NCBI RefSeq assembly: GCF_006345805.1
Contig: NC_043006.1
Location: forward strand, 67,704,001-67,768,000
DNA length: 64,000 bases
Reading direction: 5' to 3'
DNA from: Octopus sinensis
Taxonomy: Eukaryota
Made by a program: the position numbers and the translations under genes. Positions 28,101 to 38,490 of the stretch are shown here, piece by piece; the stretch's first letter is position 1, and each line of letters begins with the position of its first letter. The notes under the pieces were generated by a model. That model saw only the letters and a list, made by a program, of their open reading frames with translations, was not told the origin of the DNA and made no database searches.

Positions 28101-29400
28101 AATGATACGTCCTACACACCCATGGACATGTCCAACACACTCATGATACTTTGTCATGTGGAGTTCAGTCAGACTGTTACTAAAATATATGTAACTGTTA
28201 CGTGCTAAGTGCTATTTTTATTCATTTGTTCTCACACACACATACAGTGTGGGCCAAAATCACATGCTAAGGCATTCAACATTTTATTTATTATTATTCA
28301 TTTTGTTCATCATGTACAAGTACATGCATATTCCTCATTATTTTATTTATTTTATTCAATTTTAGAAAAATTGAAGCATGTCTTTGACAATTCCGTAGCA
28401 TATTGAACTTATTTGTGTGAAATCTGGCCCACCCTACACACACACACATATATATATATATATGAGGTCTGATCAATAAGTATCTGGACTGTTGCCATCG
28501 TAATGAAGCTAAAGCACACAGAATGAAACTGCTCAGCAGAGATTGGCCTTGAACTCTGCTGTGCATGCGTATTAAGTTTTAATATTCTAGCTCACTTCCG
28601 CTGTTTACAGCAGTGCTTGGATAGAAGATGTGTAGTGTGTGATTGTCACATCGACCGTGACAGGAAGTTGAGCAGAGAGTCTGCATCAAATTTGCTGAAA
28701 GCCAGATGATACCTGCTGAGAGGTGTATGCGAAGTTTGCAAAAAGTTTTCAATTGTTCTTGGCACAATCAAGGAGATATTGTGAAACTGAAACCCGAGTG
28801 TCTTTTTGGTCAGCTGAAAGCAGTTTCCAAGATGGCTGAAAAATGTTGATATTGACGAACGTTCTGGGAGACCTGCAACCAGCAGAACTGAGAAAAACAT
28901 CACAGATGTACATGCAGCTGTGAGGAAAAATCGTTGAATCACCATCTGTGAGTTAACAGAGGATGTGCAGATTAGTTATGGCTCAGTTCAGTCCATTATC
29001 ACTGAAGATTTGGGTATGGGATGTGCATCTGCCAAATTTGTGCCAGAACTGCTTTCAGCTGACCAAAAACACACTCGGGTTTCAGTTTCACAATATCTCC
29101 TTGATTGTGTCAAGAACAATTGAAAACCTTTTGCAAACTTCACATACACCTCTCAGCAGGTATCATCAAGTTTTGAGCAAAATTTGATGCAGATTCTCTG
29201 CTCAACGGTCGATGTGACAATCACACACTACACATCTTCCATCCAAGCACTGCTGTAAACAGCTGAAGTGAGCTAGAATGTTAAAACTTAATGCGCATGC
29301 ACAGCCGAGTTGAGGGTCAATCTGTGCCAAGTGGCTTCACTCTGCATGCTTTAGCTTCCTTACTACGTCAACTGTCCGGATACTTATTGATCAGACCACG

Positions 29401-29437
<37 letters not shown>

Positions 29438-29976
29438 GTTCATAAAGACATAACCTTAAAAACTTGCATACACATGTAAAATTACATACTTAAACATGCA
29501 CATAAAATCATAAACACAAAACCATAGACACACAGCTACATATGCACATGACACATGTATGTATGTACAACTATATTAGACATACAGCTACATACATATT
29601 GAAGTATGTAAACTAATGTAAATGTTCTTAGACTTTGAGACAGAAATACAGTAACAAAGCCTCTGATGGGATTTGAACATTGTGTCTGTTGTTTTGGTAG
29701 TGACCATTTTTTATTGGTAACACTGAAGAACATCTGCTATTCTTGTTAATGAAGCTTTTCTGTTTTTTTGTTAGAAAAACGTCTGCTGTTATTTTGCATT
29801 GAAACTATTGGCAGTTGAATCTATTTGTAGCTAATCCGTGATAATTTTTTAATCCTTCACACAGAGTTGTGGAACTATTATTGAAATATGAAGCCAAGCC
29901 TGGTCTACGGGACCGCAATGGTTACAACGCTGTACACTACGCGGCACTAAAGGGCCACAAACTTGCTCTGGAAATG
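372..29976 (+). CDS. ANKRD28: Partial multi-exon gene (11 exons seen): serine/threonine-protein phosphatase 6 regulatory ankyrin repeat subunit (ANKRD28/44/52 family)
   Basis: Eleven GT-AG exons with compatible phases join into 1464 nt of uninterrupted ankyrin-repeat ORF. Motifs such as [56 protein letters not shown] and [15 protein letters not shown] match vertebrate ANKRD28 as I recall it. Start and C-terminal half are not seen in the window. Confidence 0.95.
775..1590 (-). mobile_element. Cluster of tRNA-derived SINE copies (family B), antisense, in the first intron
   Basis: Repeated blocks of the type gaccccgaaaggatgaaaggcaaagtcgacctcgg..aatttgaactcagaacg..ctgccagct. These are the reverse complement of the family B copies at 43-46 kb. 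Boundaries approximate. Confidence 0.8.
1682..1882 (+). CDS. ANKRD28: ANKRD28-like exon b (201 nt, phase 0-0)
   Basis: ttttacag|GAC ... AAG|gtaagc; [67 protein letters not shown]. Confidence 0.96.
2791..3400 (-). mobile_element. 5'-truncated CR1/L2-type LINE fragment (RT C-terminus plus 3' UTR and (ATT)n tail)
   Basis: Minus-strand [51 protein letters not shown] is typical of the CR1-group RT C-terminal region. The 3' UTR is shared with copies at 16.0-16.7 kb and 59.2-59.6 kb. Confidence 0.88.
3723..3875 (+). CDS. ANKRD28: ANKRD28-like exon c (153 nt, phase 0-0)
   Basis: Long pyrimidine tract cccag|ATG ... CTG|gtgagg; [51 protein letters not shown]. Confidence 0.96.
4347..4953 (+). mobile_element. 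RTE LINE 3' UTR fragment with internal modular repeats and (GAT)n tail
   Basis: Ends ccaacccatgctagcatggaaagcagacgttaaac(gat)n, the same terminus as the ORF-bearing RTE copy at 25.1-26.7 kb. Confidence 0.85.
7558..7938. repeat. Two-copy direct tandem duplication, period about 193 bp
   Basis: 7558-7744 and 7751-7938 align with 11 differences by manual alignment. Confidence 0.95.
8210..8911. mobile_element. hAT-type MITE (CAGTGGTTCTCAA / TTGGGAACCACTG ends) interrupted by an antisense RTE 3' fragment at about 8271-8796
   Basis: Terminal inverted repeats at both ends. The internal block starts with (CAT)n-cgtttaacgtccgctttccatgctagcatggg, the RTE tail in reverse. Confidence 0.75.
9043..9246 (+). 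CDS. ANKRD28: ANKRD28-like exon d (204 nt, phase 0-0)
   Basis: gtttcag|ATG ... ATG|gtgagt; [68 protein letters not shown]. Confidence 0.95.
9472..9881 (+). mobile_element. Full-length tRNA-derived SINE, family A (representative; further copies near 5.4, 7.0, 11.5, 15.7, 19.1, 21.5-22.1, 24.7, 26.7, 56.2 and 57.1 kb)
   Basis: Pol III A-box-like TGGCTGTGTGG and B-box-like GGTTCAGTC, conserved body, internal (TG/TA)n, and 3' tail ending gactgaaacaagtaaaagag. Confidence 0.9.
10641..10727 (+). CDS. ANKRD28: ANKRD28-like exon e (87 nt, phase 0-0); not in the supplied ORF track
   Basis: tcttacag|ACT ... CAG|gtaaat; [29 protein letters not shown]. Confidence 0.94.
11908..12265. mobile_element. Putative Tc1/mariner-superfamily MITE with about 25-bp imperfect TIRs and TA flanks
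   Basis: ta|CACTCcttcttcGGTACTACaGAC ... GTCcGTAGTACtgaggtatGAGTG|ta. Confidence 0.6.
12803..13024. mobile_element. pogo/Tigger-like MITE
   Basis: TA flanks and CAGTAATCC.. / ..GGATTATAG ends. The internal sequence is shared, inverted, with the longer copy at 62420-62908. Confidence 0.7.
14047..14867 (-). mobile_element. Defective DD37D (maT-type) Tc1/mariner transposon, internally deleted
   Basis: About 27-bp TIRs with TA flanks. The minus strand reads ..[51 protein letters not shown], with 37 residues between the second and third catalytic D and two in-frame stops. Confidence 0.88.
16010..16700 (-). mobile_element. Degenerate CR1/L2-type LINE 3' fragment
   Basis: Shares caactgatgc..ttccatgcttcagcaactct..aaaaaatgtttc and caggtgcactgcagctca blocks with the 2.8-3.4 kb and 59.2-59.6 kb copies. 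Confidence 0.7.
17164..17348. repeat. Near-perfect inverted repeat (about 75-bp arms, about 36-nt spacer) between (TA)n tracts
   Basis: aaaggaatacaaaaaaatggga..catccagacagaggatacaaaaaagggacaagaaaaaaca versus tgttttttcttgtcccttttttgcatcctctgtctggatg..tcccattttttgtattccttt. Confidence 0.92.
17830..18470. repeat. 30-bp minisatellite, about 20 units, homogeneous centre and degenerate flanks
   Basis: Consensus CAAACAGACCCTGCAGGCAGTACTGTCGCC; explains the overlapping repetitive ORFs in all frames. Confidence 0.95.
18708..18786 (+). CDS. ANKRD28: ANKRD28-like exon f (79 nt, phase 0-1)
   Basis: ccatttcag|TGC ... TAT G|gtgagc; [26 protein letters not shown](G). Confidence 0.95.
20030..20405 (-). mobile_element. 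Degenerate RTE-like LINE RT C-terminal fragment
   Basis: Minus strand reads [57 protein letters not shown]. Confidence 0.8.
21329..21443 (+). CDS. ANKRD28: ANKRD28-like exon g (115 nt, phase 1-2)
   Basis: ttatacag|GT ... AT|gtaagt; (G)[37 protein letters not shown](M). Confidence 0.95.
21670..21990. repeat. Compound (CA)/(TA)/(CATG) microsatellite inside an antisense family A SINE
   Basis: Low-complexity cata/caca/catg run flanked by a SINE tail (21.52-21.67 kb) and SINE head (21.99-22.14 kb). Confidence 0.9.
22675..23230. repeat. (CAC/CAT/TAC)n trinucleotide tract with an 18-bp higher-order unit CACTACCACCAACACCAT
   Basis: Direct reading of the sequence; lies about 170 nt upstream of exon h. 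Confidence 0.93.
23398..23550 (+). CDS. ANKRD28: ANKRD28-like exon h (153 nt, phase 2-2); not in the supplied ORF track
   Basis: cactcag|G ... GG|gtaagt; (M)[50 protein letters not shown](G). Confidence 0.93.
23560..24110. repeat. G-rich degenerate array of TGGTCA-N5-TGACCA hairpin units
   Basis: About a dozen variants such as tggtcaatgaatgacca, tggtcagtaagtgacca, tggtcaatgagtgacca and tggtcagggagtgacca, separated by variable G/T-rich spacers. Confidence 0.8.
24296..24364 (+). CDS. ANKRD28: ANKRD28-like exon i (69 nt, phase 2-2); not in the supplied ORF track
   Basis: ctctttgcag|T ... AG|gtaaga; (G)[22 protein letters not shown](R). Confidence 0.93.
25136..26728 (+). mobile_element. Young 5'-truncated RTE-clade LINE: about 275 stop-free codons (PHD-like finger plus RT thumb/C-terminus), 3' UTR and (GAT)n tail
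   Basis: One frame is open from about 25135 to the stop at 25960-25962: ..[82 protein letters not shown]. Inserted into a (TA)n tract. Confidence 0.93.
26222..26535. repeat. Five near-identical 63-bp tandem units in the RTE 3' UTR
   Basis: gtggcacataaaaaacaccatccgagcgtggccgtctgccagcctcgtctggcacctgtgtcg; unit starts at about 26222, 26284, 26348, 26411 and 26474. Confidence 0.95.
27818..27958 (+). CDS. ANKRD28: ANKRD28-like exon j (141 nt, phase 2-2)
   Basis: ttgacag|G ... AA|gtacgt; (R)[46 protein letters not shown](K). Confidence 0.94.
28463..29400. mobile_element. Foldback mariner derivative with about 360-bp inverted arms (two 5' ends)
   Basis: TIR TGAGGTCTGATCAATAAGTATC with TA flanks. 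Arms are 28463-28826 and 29046-29400. Transposase fragments EQRVCIKF and [36 protein letters not shown] are present. Confidence 0.9.
29865..29976 (+). CDS. ANKRD28: ANKRD28-like exon k (112 nt, phase 2-0); last recognisable exon in the window
   Basis: ttcacacag|A ... ATG|gtaagt; (K)[37 protein letters not shown]. Confidence 0.94.
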
Positions 29977-31829
29977 GTAAGTAGGAACTACTGCTATACA
30001 AACTCTGCTCTAGCGCTAGACAATTTTTTTTACTTTTGACACCCTCGTCCCCTTCCCCCCACTTTCTGTTGCTGTGTGCCAGAAGTTCAGCAGATCTGTT
30101 TTGGGAGAGTGGGTAAATGAAAATGTCACTGAAGCTCTCCTGCCCATTTCTTGAAACTTCCCTTTTCATAAGGGCTTGTGTGTAGCTATGGTTTTGGTGG
30201 TATTAAGTACCCTTCCCTTCCTCCCTGAATAAGCTGCCAGTCTGTCATAGGCAGGTTGCCTAGATAACCTGGTTCTTATTCCTGAGAACTTGCTTCTGAC
30301 TCGAGGCATGTAAAATTGAAGTGTCCTACTCCCCAAGACACAATGAAAGACCCTAAGATCTGTGGAAGCTGGAGAGAAGTGAGTCAAGTATGATCTGACG
30401 GTTGTGTACTGTTGAGACAGAACGGTAATGGCTTGATATCAAGATCATCACAAGATGTATTAGGGATGCTGGTGAGGAATTAGTTGTGTGTGGTCTGTTG
30501 AATGTGTAATGTTTATGTGTGAAAGACAGTGAAGGGTTGAGAGAGAGAGGGAGCAGCTGAACTGATATGATTGAAGGATGGGAGAAAACATGCTATGGGG
30601 TGGTGAGAGAGATGCCTGTGGCAGGGAAAAAGATTGATGAAAACAGAAGGAAAATTCTTGATTAGAACCAAAGAAATTGAGCCTCACAGATAAACTGATA
30701 GAAAACTTAGGCAATTAGCGATATCATGCTATAAGATTAACTCTTCACCTACCATGAGAGTCACTGATGACTCCCCAAGCTATATCCTTTGCACATCATA
30801 GGAGTCACTAGTGATGTTTTTTATATGGAGCCCCAGATTTACTATAGTTCAAACTATTCAAATTTTAGGGAATGTACAGAACGTGGATATCAGAAGGGTG
30901 TGAGTCCCTGTCATCTCCATTATTAGAATGCTGCTCTCTATAAAGTAGTTTTTGTGACAAAGAAGCTATTAAAGCTTATATAATATAATCTGTAGCAAAA
31001 ATTCATAAATAAATATCTTTTAAAACATCCGTAAATTGAAGAATAATGGATATTTTTAGCGCTTTTTAGCATGTGAAATGCTGGTAACTGCTACAGTACT
31101 GACTGAATACAATATTTGTTTTGTATCACAGGAATCACCAGTAATATCTGTGCTATAGATCAGGGGTTCTCACTTGGGGTCCATGTAAGATTTTAAAATT
31201 TGTAACTAATAAATTGGTTATACTTGTACAATACACAAAATATTTTAACAATTTTTGAATATAGTGCCTAATAATATTTAATCATAAAAATACATAAGGA
31301 TTTTTTTAAACATTGAATGACTGGTATAAATAGGGATCAAAGGGGTCCGTAAGAAAAACCTGGTTGATAACCATTGCTGTAAATTGGTGTGGTAGTTTAT
31401 ATTGTGAACTAGAATATATATATGCGATTCAGAAACACATATATTACAAAATCAGATCGCTGGTCGAAAAGAAAATACAGCACAAAATGGGCTTGGTGGG
31501 TGGGGTTGAGGTACTCCACAACCAGCAAGGATAATGATGATGATGGTAACTCATAATAAGCTGGTAATTCTTTGGTATGTCAGGCCTACTATACCAGCCA
31601 AAAAGTAGATGGCTAAGTGTACAGCTTGATATATTGCCAAAATATTCCAAAGCAGGAAGGACGGGCAGAATGTAGCTTTTGATTACTCGGTTTCCTGCCT
31701 ATTTGCTTGTTTGTTTGTGTGTGTTCCTTCTCTTCAATATTGGGGTCAGATCAGATGGAGCTTTTTGGCAAAGCTTGTCAAGGAGGAAGAGGAGGTTGTT
31801 TAACCAGCATCTGTCTCCCTCTCGGTGAA

Positions 31830-32040
31830 GATGCGTAGCTTAGTGGTTCGAGTAATTGACTCACAATTGTAAGTTGGTGAGTTCAATTCCTAGTGGTGTG
31901 TTGTGTCCTTGAGCAAGACATTTTATTTCATGCTGTACCTGTAATTCGAAAGGGCCAGCCTTGTCATATTCCATGTCACACTGAATCTCCCTGAGAAGTA
32001 TGTTAAGGATATGCATGTCTGGAGCGCTCAGCCACTTCTG
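31830..32040 (+). mobile_element. tRNA-derived SINE, family C (others near 20.6, 51.8, 52.4-52.6 minus and 63.5-63.7 minus kb)
   Basis: tagcttagtggtt head, gagttcaattcc B-box-like motif and ttgtgtccttgagcaagac central motif. Confidence 0.7.
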
Positions 32041-32799
32041 GAACCCTCGTCATAACCAACAGAATGTCAGAACCTCCCTCTCTGAACTAAAACTACCTAC
32101 AACCACAGGCCAGCATGGGAGACCCTAGAAACAGCCAACAGGTTTTCTTGAAATCATGTGCATCCTACCACCTTTGAAAAAAGGGAAGGACACATTGAAT
32201 AATGTAGTCCTAGATATATTGTGCCTGAGAAACGACAAGATCATTGCAGTTGGAATGCTTTTTGATCACAAATCTGCTTAATCAAAATTGACCTGTCATG
32301 TAGTAACAGTCAACAAGGAAGTCTTTATGGAATTAGTCAACCCACTAAAAATAGATGTTAAATCTCCCTGTACTATCTTTAAAATGAAAGATGAGATTGT
32401 CACATCTGGAATGCTTTTGAACATCATAAGCTTGTTTAGTGAGGGCAGACAGCTGAGGAAATTTTAGTAAATTGTGGGGATACATTACAAGAAAAAACCA
32501 TCAAAAATCAAGTGAATCTATGCCCTGTGGTTTGACCAGAACATTTATGTACACATTGAGGTCAGATGTATGTTTAGTACACATACACAGGTAAATTTAT
32601 TTACAATCACACATACACACACACAGAAGTGCATAAAAGTAGGTATACAATTGGTTAATATGAGTGGAATGTTCTTTGCATTTCTCTATTTCCTTTTTAG
32701 GATATGAAAAGAACATTCCACTCATGCTAAGCAACTGTATACCTGCCTCTGCCCACCCACACCTATGTATATGTGTGTATATATGCTGTGTATGCCATA

Positions 32800-32973
32800 A
32801 GGTCTGCAAAATCTAATGGAGGCCACAAAAGACATTTTAAGATCCACAAGAATCAGAACTTTACTGCAACTCTTGGTGATCCAAATCAGATATGCAATCT
32901 ATGTGGGTGTCTTTTCAAAACATTGTCTGGTTTAAAAAGCCACATCAGACGCCATGATAGATATAAGGTGTAA
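32800..32973 (+). pseudogene. Isolated C2H2 zinc-finger-coding fragment, probably a LINE ORF2 C-terminus remnant
   Basis: CNLCGCLFKTLSGLKSHIRRH (32893-32955) fits C-x2-C-x3-F-x5-L-x2-H-x3-H. It is preceded by a half finger KSNGGHKRHFKIH and followed by a stop and a (GAT)n-tailed segment. Confidence 0.6.
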
Positions 32974-35900
32974 GTACAAGAGGCAAATTCTGTCTGGTCC
33001 GTTTAAGCATGGAAAATGATGATGATGATATATAATTTTGCACCAGTGACTAATGTATCGCATTTGAAAGATACACATCCCAATTCATGAAGAAGAGACA
33101 ACCCCACCACTCTCACTATATATACATATATATATATACACACACACACACATATCTCTGTTCTCTGTCTCTTCATGTCTCATCTCCTATCTGTATCATA
33201 ATCCCTACTCAGCAGCATTTCCCTTCAACAATAACATCAGTAGTAATAATTGTAGTAGTAGTAGTAGTAGCAGCAACAGTAGTGGTGGTCATGGTGGTAG
33301 TAGTAGTAGTAGTTATAATTGTTGTAATCGTCTTGATTGTAACTTCACCATTGTTCTTGTGTATTTCTTCCTCAACATTATTACAATATTATTATTATTG
33401 TTATTATTATTATTATTATTTGTTCCTGACAGTTAATTAGTTTTCTGTAATAATTGTACTTAAGAAAAATATTTTTCTCCTTTTTTTTTTCTTTTTGTGC
33501 ATCAAAACAGGAATACTGGGGTTCTGTCTGTATATTGACCACAAAACACTGTGTCTCGCATGTGGTGAGGAGATAAGAGGCCCATAAGATGATGTGTAAA
33601 ATATAGTGTAGACAGGGTTGTCAGTTGGTGAGGTGGTGCCTCTTAGATCATTTGCTAATGAGAGAGAAAATATTTGGCATTTTACTTATCTTTGGTGTCT
33701 GCATATGTGAATCATATTTTTGAAATCAAATGGAATTGGTGGAGTGACAGACAAATTCTTTGCAGAATTTATTTTAGGTATTTTGACTTGACATCTGTTT
33801 GGGATTGATTTTTGTCTTACTTCCTTCCATAGTTAATAAGTACAAGTGAATTACTGGTATCATCATCCAGTTTTAAATCCGGTTTTGTCCTCATTAACTG
33901 GGGTGGCTGGATCTACATGAATGCCATAGCAACCAAGGTAGGCAGGTGTAGCCCACCCCAACTTTTGGGCTAGCTGGTGTCCATTCTCCTTTGCTATCGT
34001 GAGGCCTTTTTTGGAACTGGATTTTCTACAGGGAGCATTCCCTTGCTTACCCCTAACCTCAGTTTCTAGATATGAGTGGTCCCGAGACCAAGACCTCTAT
34101 CACAATTTTTAAGAAATGTGGTTTATTATAATTGACTATAGTCTTTCTCTTAAATTTTGTGCCTGGCTGAATCAGTAGAGCATTAGATAAAATATCTTCC
34201 AGCATTTGTTCTGGCTCTGAGTTCAAATCCTGCTGAAGGCAACTTTGTCTTTCATCCCTGTAAGGTTCATAAAATAAGTATTAGTCAAGTACTGGGGATT
34301 CAGTGGTGTTGGCTAATACTTTCCTCTTAAAATCACTGGTCTGGTGCCTAAATCAGAAACCATCATTATTATTATTATTATTATTATTATTAATAATAAT
34401 AATAATAATAATAATAAGGTGGTGAGCTGGCAGAATTGTTAGTTTGCTGGACAAAATGCTGAGTGGTATTTCTTCTGGTTTTACATTCTGGGTTCAAACT
34501 CCACTAAGGTCAACTTTGCCTTTCGTTCTTTCAGGGTCAATGAAATAAGTACCAGTTGAGCACTGAGGTTGATATAATCAACGAACCCCTTCCCTCCCAC
34601 TCCGAAATTATTGGCATTGTGCCAGAATTTGAAACTATTATTATTATTACAATGTATGTAAACAAAGTTTGCTCTTTTAGAAGCATTGAGATGTATTGAA
34701 ATATACAGATATGAAAATATTTTACTCCCAAACCCATATGCTATTCAGCATATGTAAATATTTTACATATCTGTATATTATTATTATTATAGTTAGCGGC
34801 ATGCTAGCACATTGGAAAGAATGTCCTTCCTGTTACCCACTCTCACCTGTTTCCCAGCAAAGTAATAGATCCCATGGCCTGACATGTTTTTCACAGAAGA
34901 GTGGAAATGAATAACCTTGGTTGTATGATGATGATGATCATCATCATCATCATCATTCACAACAATCACATAACATCTAGACAAGGTTACACACATACAT
35001 GCACACACGTACACATAGTGGGCTTTTTTTAGCTCATGTATACGAAATCCATTCACAAGGCTTAGCAGTTAGGCAAAAGAGACCAATAGAATATTTACCA
35101 CACTTCAGAAGATAAGTACTGGGGTCAATTTGTGTAACTAAATTCGTCAAAGTGGTGCCCCAGCATGGCCACAGTCCAGTGACTGAAACAAAAGATTACA
35201 CGTGCTATACAAAACATAAAGGCCTACACACGACCCAAGGGGTCACCCAACCACCTACTATTATTTATAGTATGCCACAGTCAGTGGACAGGGACACATT
35301 GTAAATAACATGAATCGAATGGTAGTTTATATCCACCAGGAAGAAACACAATAGCTGCCATGTTGATTTGGAGGTGGTGGGGTGGGAGTAGAGAGAATGT
35401 GTGTTTACATAAAATATAGACACCAGAGACGAGAGAGAGCATCTGTGGGTTCAGTAGAAACAACAGCTGTCTTCCTCAAATCACAACTTACCATGAAGGA
35501 CACTTTACATAATGTTCTCCTAGATACATTAATGGGGGGGGGGACAAAACAAAAGTGAATGGTCTGGCTGGAACACCTTGGTTATGGTTCTACCAGGTCA
35601 GGGTGAGCCTGGGGCTAAACAGCTAACCAACCAACCAACTTGCCAAAGATGTTCTTGCTTTTAGTTTTGTGGTGGTGGGTGTTGCATTGGTTGTCCATTT
35701 CAACCCACTGTTTGTGTTTCTGATATGATAGTGTGGATCTCATGGCACCGGGCATCATCCATATTTCATTTAGCACTGGCCCACCATGTGGCTGAAGTAC
35801 TTCAAGGACCCTAAAGGTAAAATTAGCCAAGATTCAATTCTGCTGAACCAGTAGGAGTAAAAGAGGAAAGAGTAAATGAAACCAGGCATCTAGATGAAGG

Positions 35901-37779
35901 CATCAGTCCTACTCCTGGGCTCACACTTTCTAAAGAATTCTGAGATTTGGTTGGTAGTGAGAGTCAATACATTATTGCCAGGAAGGCTGTACAGGTGAAG
36001 CTTCAGGCCTAGTCTTTGATGATATGGCAGTAATGATCCAGATTTTGGTGACATAGCAGTAACATTTATCATCATCATTTAATGTCTGCTTTCCAGACTG
36101 GAATGGATTTGACAGTTTGACAGCATACAAGCCACAGGGTTGCATTGAGCTCCAGTGTCAGCTTTGGCATGATTTCTACTGCTGGATGCCTTTCCTAATG
36201 CTAACAATTTTACTGTGCGTATTGGGTGCTTTTTTTTTCCCCATGTCACTAGCACTAGAGAGGTTGTCAAGTAACTTGCGAGACAGGAAAGAACAAGAGA
36301 AGGAAAATATATAGAGAAATGGTCAGGAAGGATTTGGTTAGTATGTTGAGTAAATGAAACAGCCGTTTAGAGGTTCGCTCACTGGTTACTTGTGTGGCTC
36401 AAAGTTTTTATAGTTTGTTGATGGGAAATTTAGTTGTCACATTGGGCAGGTTTGATTAGTATAGAAAGGCACTTATTTGGTCCCTGTTTTAAAGACAGGA
36501 AAGATTTTGATGTGGTGTATTTGGCTATTAAATGAAGCAGATTATGTTGAAAGTATGCAGTAAGGTTATAATCTGAAAGTTCGTAATAGGAAACGGTAAC
36601 TGGCCAGTTGTGTAGATATGTATTTCAACTATTCATATGCAAATATTCAATGGGTGGATGAAGCAAAATTTTATTAGAGACCCCTAGGTGATATTTGTTT
36701 ATTTTCTGATTTTCCTTTGTGGTCTGGTTAACTTCCATTTACTCCTGATCTTGAGTCTAGAGATGATAGTGGAAGGCTCACTATCTGTGATTGGTGAGAA
36801 GAAAGGGTTTTGATAGAGAAATGCCTGTTTTGACACAAACCTTCATCTTGCCCCAAACCTTCGTCTTGCCCCGACACATCTTCCTAGATTTTGGTGACAG
36901 AGCTGTACAACACTACCCTATTAAATACAGCACCTTTCACTGGACCTGCCTCACTCAACTTTCCATCTTTCTTTCTCTCTCTCTCATCACTTTCTCTCCT
37001 GAAACCTCTCTCCCTTTCCCCACTCTCTCTTTCAACCCACACACACATTGCCTTCTACATATCATGTATCATAGTTTAATTATTAACCTCTTACTATCAC
37101 TCCAACACTCCATGAAAAAAAAACCTTCTATAGTCACACAGACACACATGTAGGCGTGTGTGTTTGTGAAACAGAGTGCCGTATAAATATCATAGATGAT
37201 GCATGTTGGCTGTCCAATGCAAGTGTATTGCTGTTGTGATTGTGATTGTTGCTGTTGTTGTGGTTGCTATTGTTGTTAGCCTAAGTTGATCAATATATCA
37301 CAGTTATCTTCTTAATTTTTTTCCAGCACATTATCTTGTTTCTAAATGTCACACATATGCATACCATATTTACACACACACACACACACTTGCAGTGATG
37401 TGCTGAAATGACTTATTACTCAGTTACCACTATTAGTAAAGATCAACATTAAAATACAACACGACTTTGGTATTTAGTACTTTTAGCCTGTTTGTAAATT
37501 CAAATATCCATGTGTTATACAAACCTTAACCATGTATCATTTATGATAGTTAATCACTCTCCACAACTGGAGGTTACATCAGTTCTAAATATAATGTCAA
37601 TGTGATACTGGACTGTCATACAATGTTGAAGCAGGCTGTCCACTGGTGATCAAGTGGCTATCAAAATACTTGTGACCTTCATGTGATTTAAGGGGAGGTA
37701 AGCATTGTTAGTTTCTGAGCCTATATAGCAGTGTTTCTCAACCTTGGAAGGGTTGGGGTAGCAGGGAACTGTACCAGGT

Positions 37780-38490
37780 AGCCAAAAGGGAGGCTGGGTG
37801 GCAGGTATACATAGCCAAGGGTGAAGCAGAAAAGAAGTTTGCCAGTGTCAGCGACGTGAGGACCAAAGAACTGAAGTATTTCGCATTGCAAGACAGTGTG
37901 TGAGAGAAAATTGTGATGTCACCTGAGAGAAATGTGTCCGCATGGATAATGGATTACTTGCTTTTAATGATTTTGGAAAGAAAGAGGCTTGGAGAAGCCA
38001 TTATGAAAGACTGCTGAACATGGAGAATGAATGAGAGGAGGAGAGCCTGCCAAATGTTGACCTAGTAGAAGGACTAGCTATCCAAATAGACAGCTTCCTG
38101 GTAGATAAAGCAATTAAGGGTTTGAAGCCAGGAAAAACCTCTGGCCCATCAGGAATCCCTGCTGAGATGCTTAAAATATCTGGTGTTGTGGGCTATGGCC
38201 TAGTCACCCGTATTGTAAACCAGGTAGTTCATGATGGATTCATACCCAATGACTGGCATAGCAGCATCATAGTCAACTGCTACAAGGGTAATGGTGATGC
38301 TTAAGATAGAATTAACTACAGGGGTATCACACTGCTGGATCCAGTTGATGAAGGTCATGGAAAGTGTCATAGTCTATCTCATTAGGGAGAGAATCTGCTT
38401 AGATGAGATGCAGTTCGGTTTTGTGCCACGTAGAAGCACCACTGATGCTATATTCCTGGTTCGACAACTGCAGGAGAAATGCACCTTATG
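37780..38490 (+). mobile_element. Decayed RTE LINE internal fragment (linker to RT N-terminal part)
   Basis: KPGKTSGPSGIPAEMLK..IPNDWHSSIIVNCYKG..NYRGI..DEMQFGFVPRRSTTDAIFLVRQLQEK, with stops and frameshifts. Confidence 0.88.

Noticed and set aside
30757-30830. CTGATGA with GACTCC/GGAGTC stem as a hammerhead or C/D snoRNA
   Set aside because: No GAAA, and no properly placed D box or terminal stem
35722-35816. Candidate exon reading SSIFHLALAHHVAEVLQ
   Set aside because: Only loosely ankyrin-like, wrong phase for exon k, and a stop occurs before the donor
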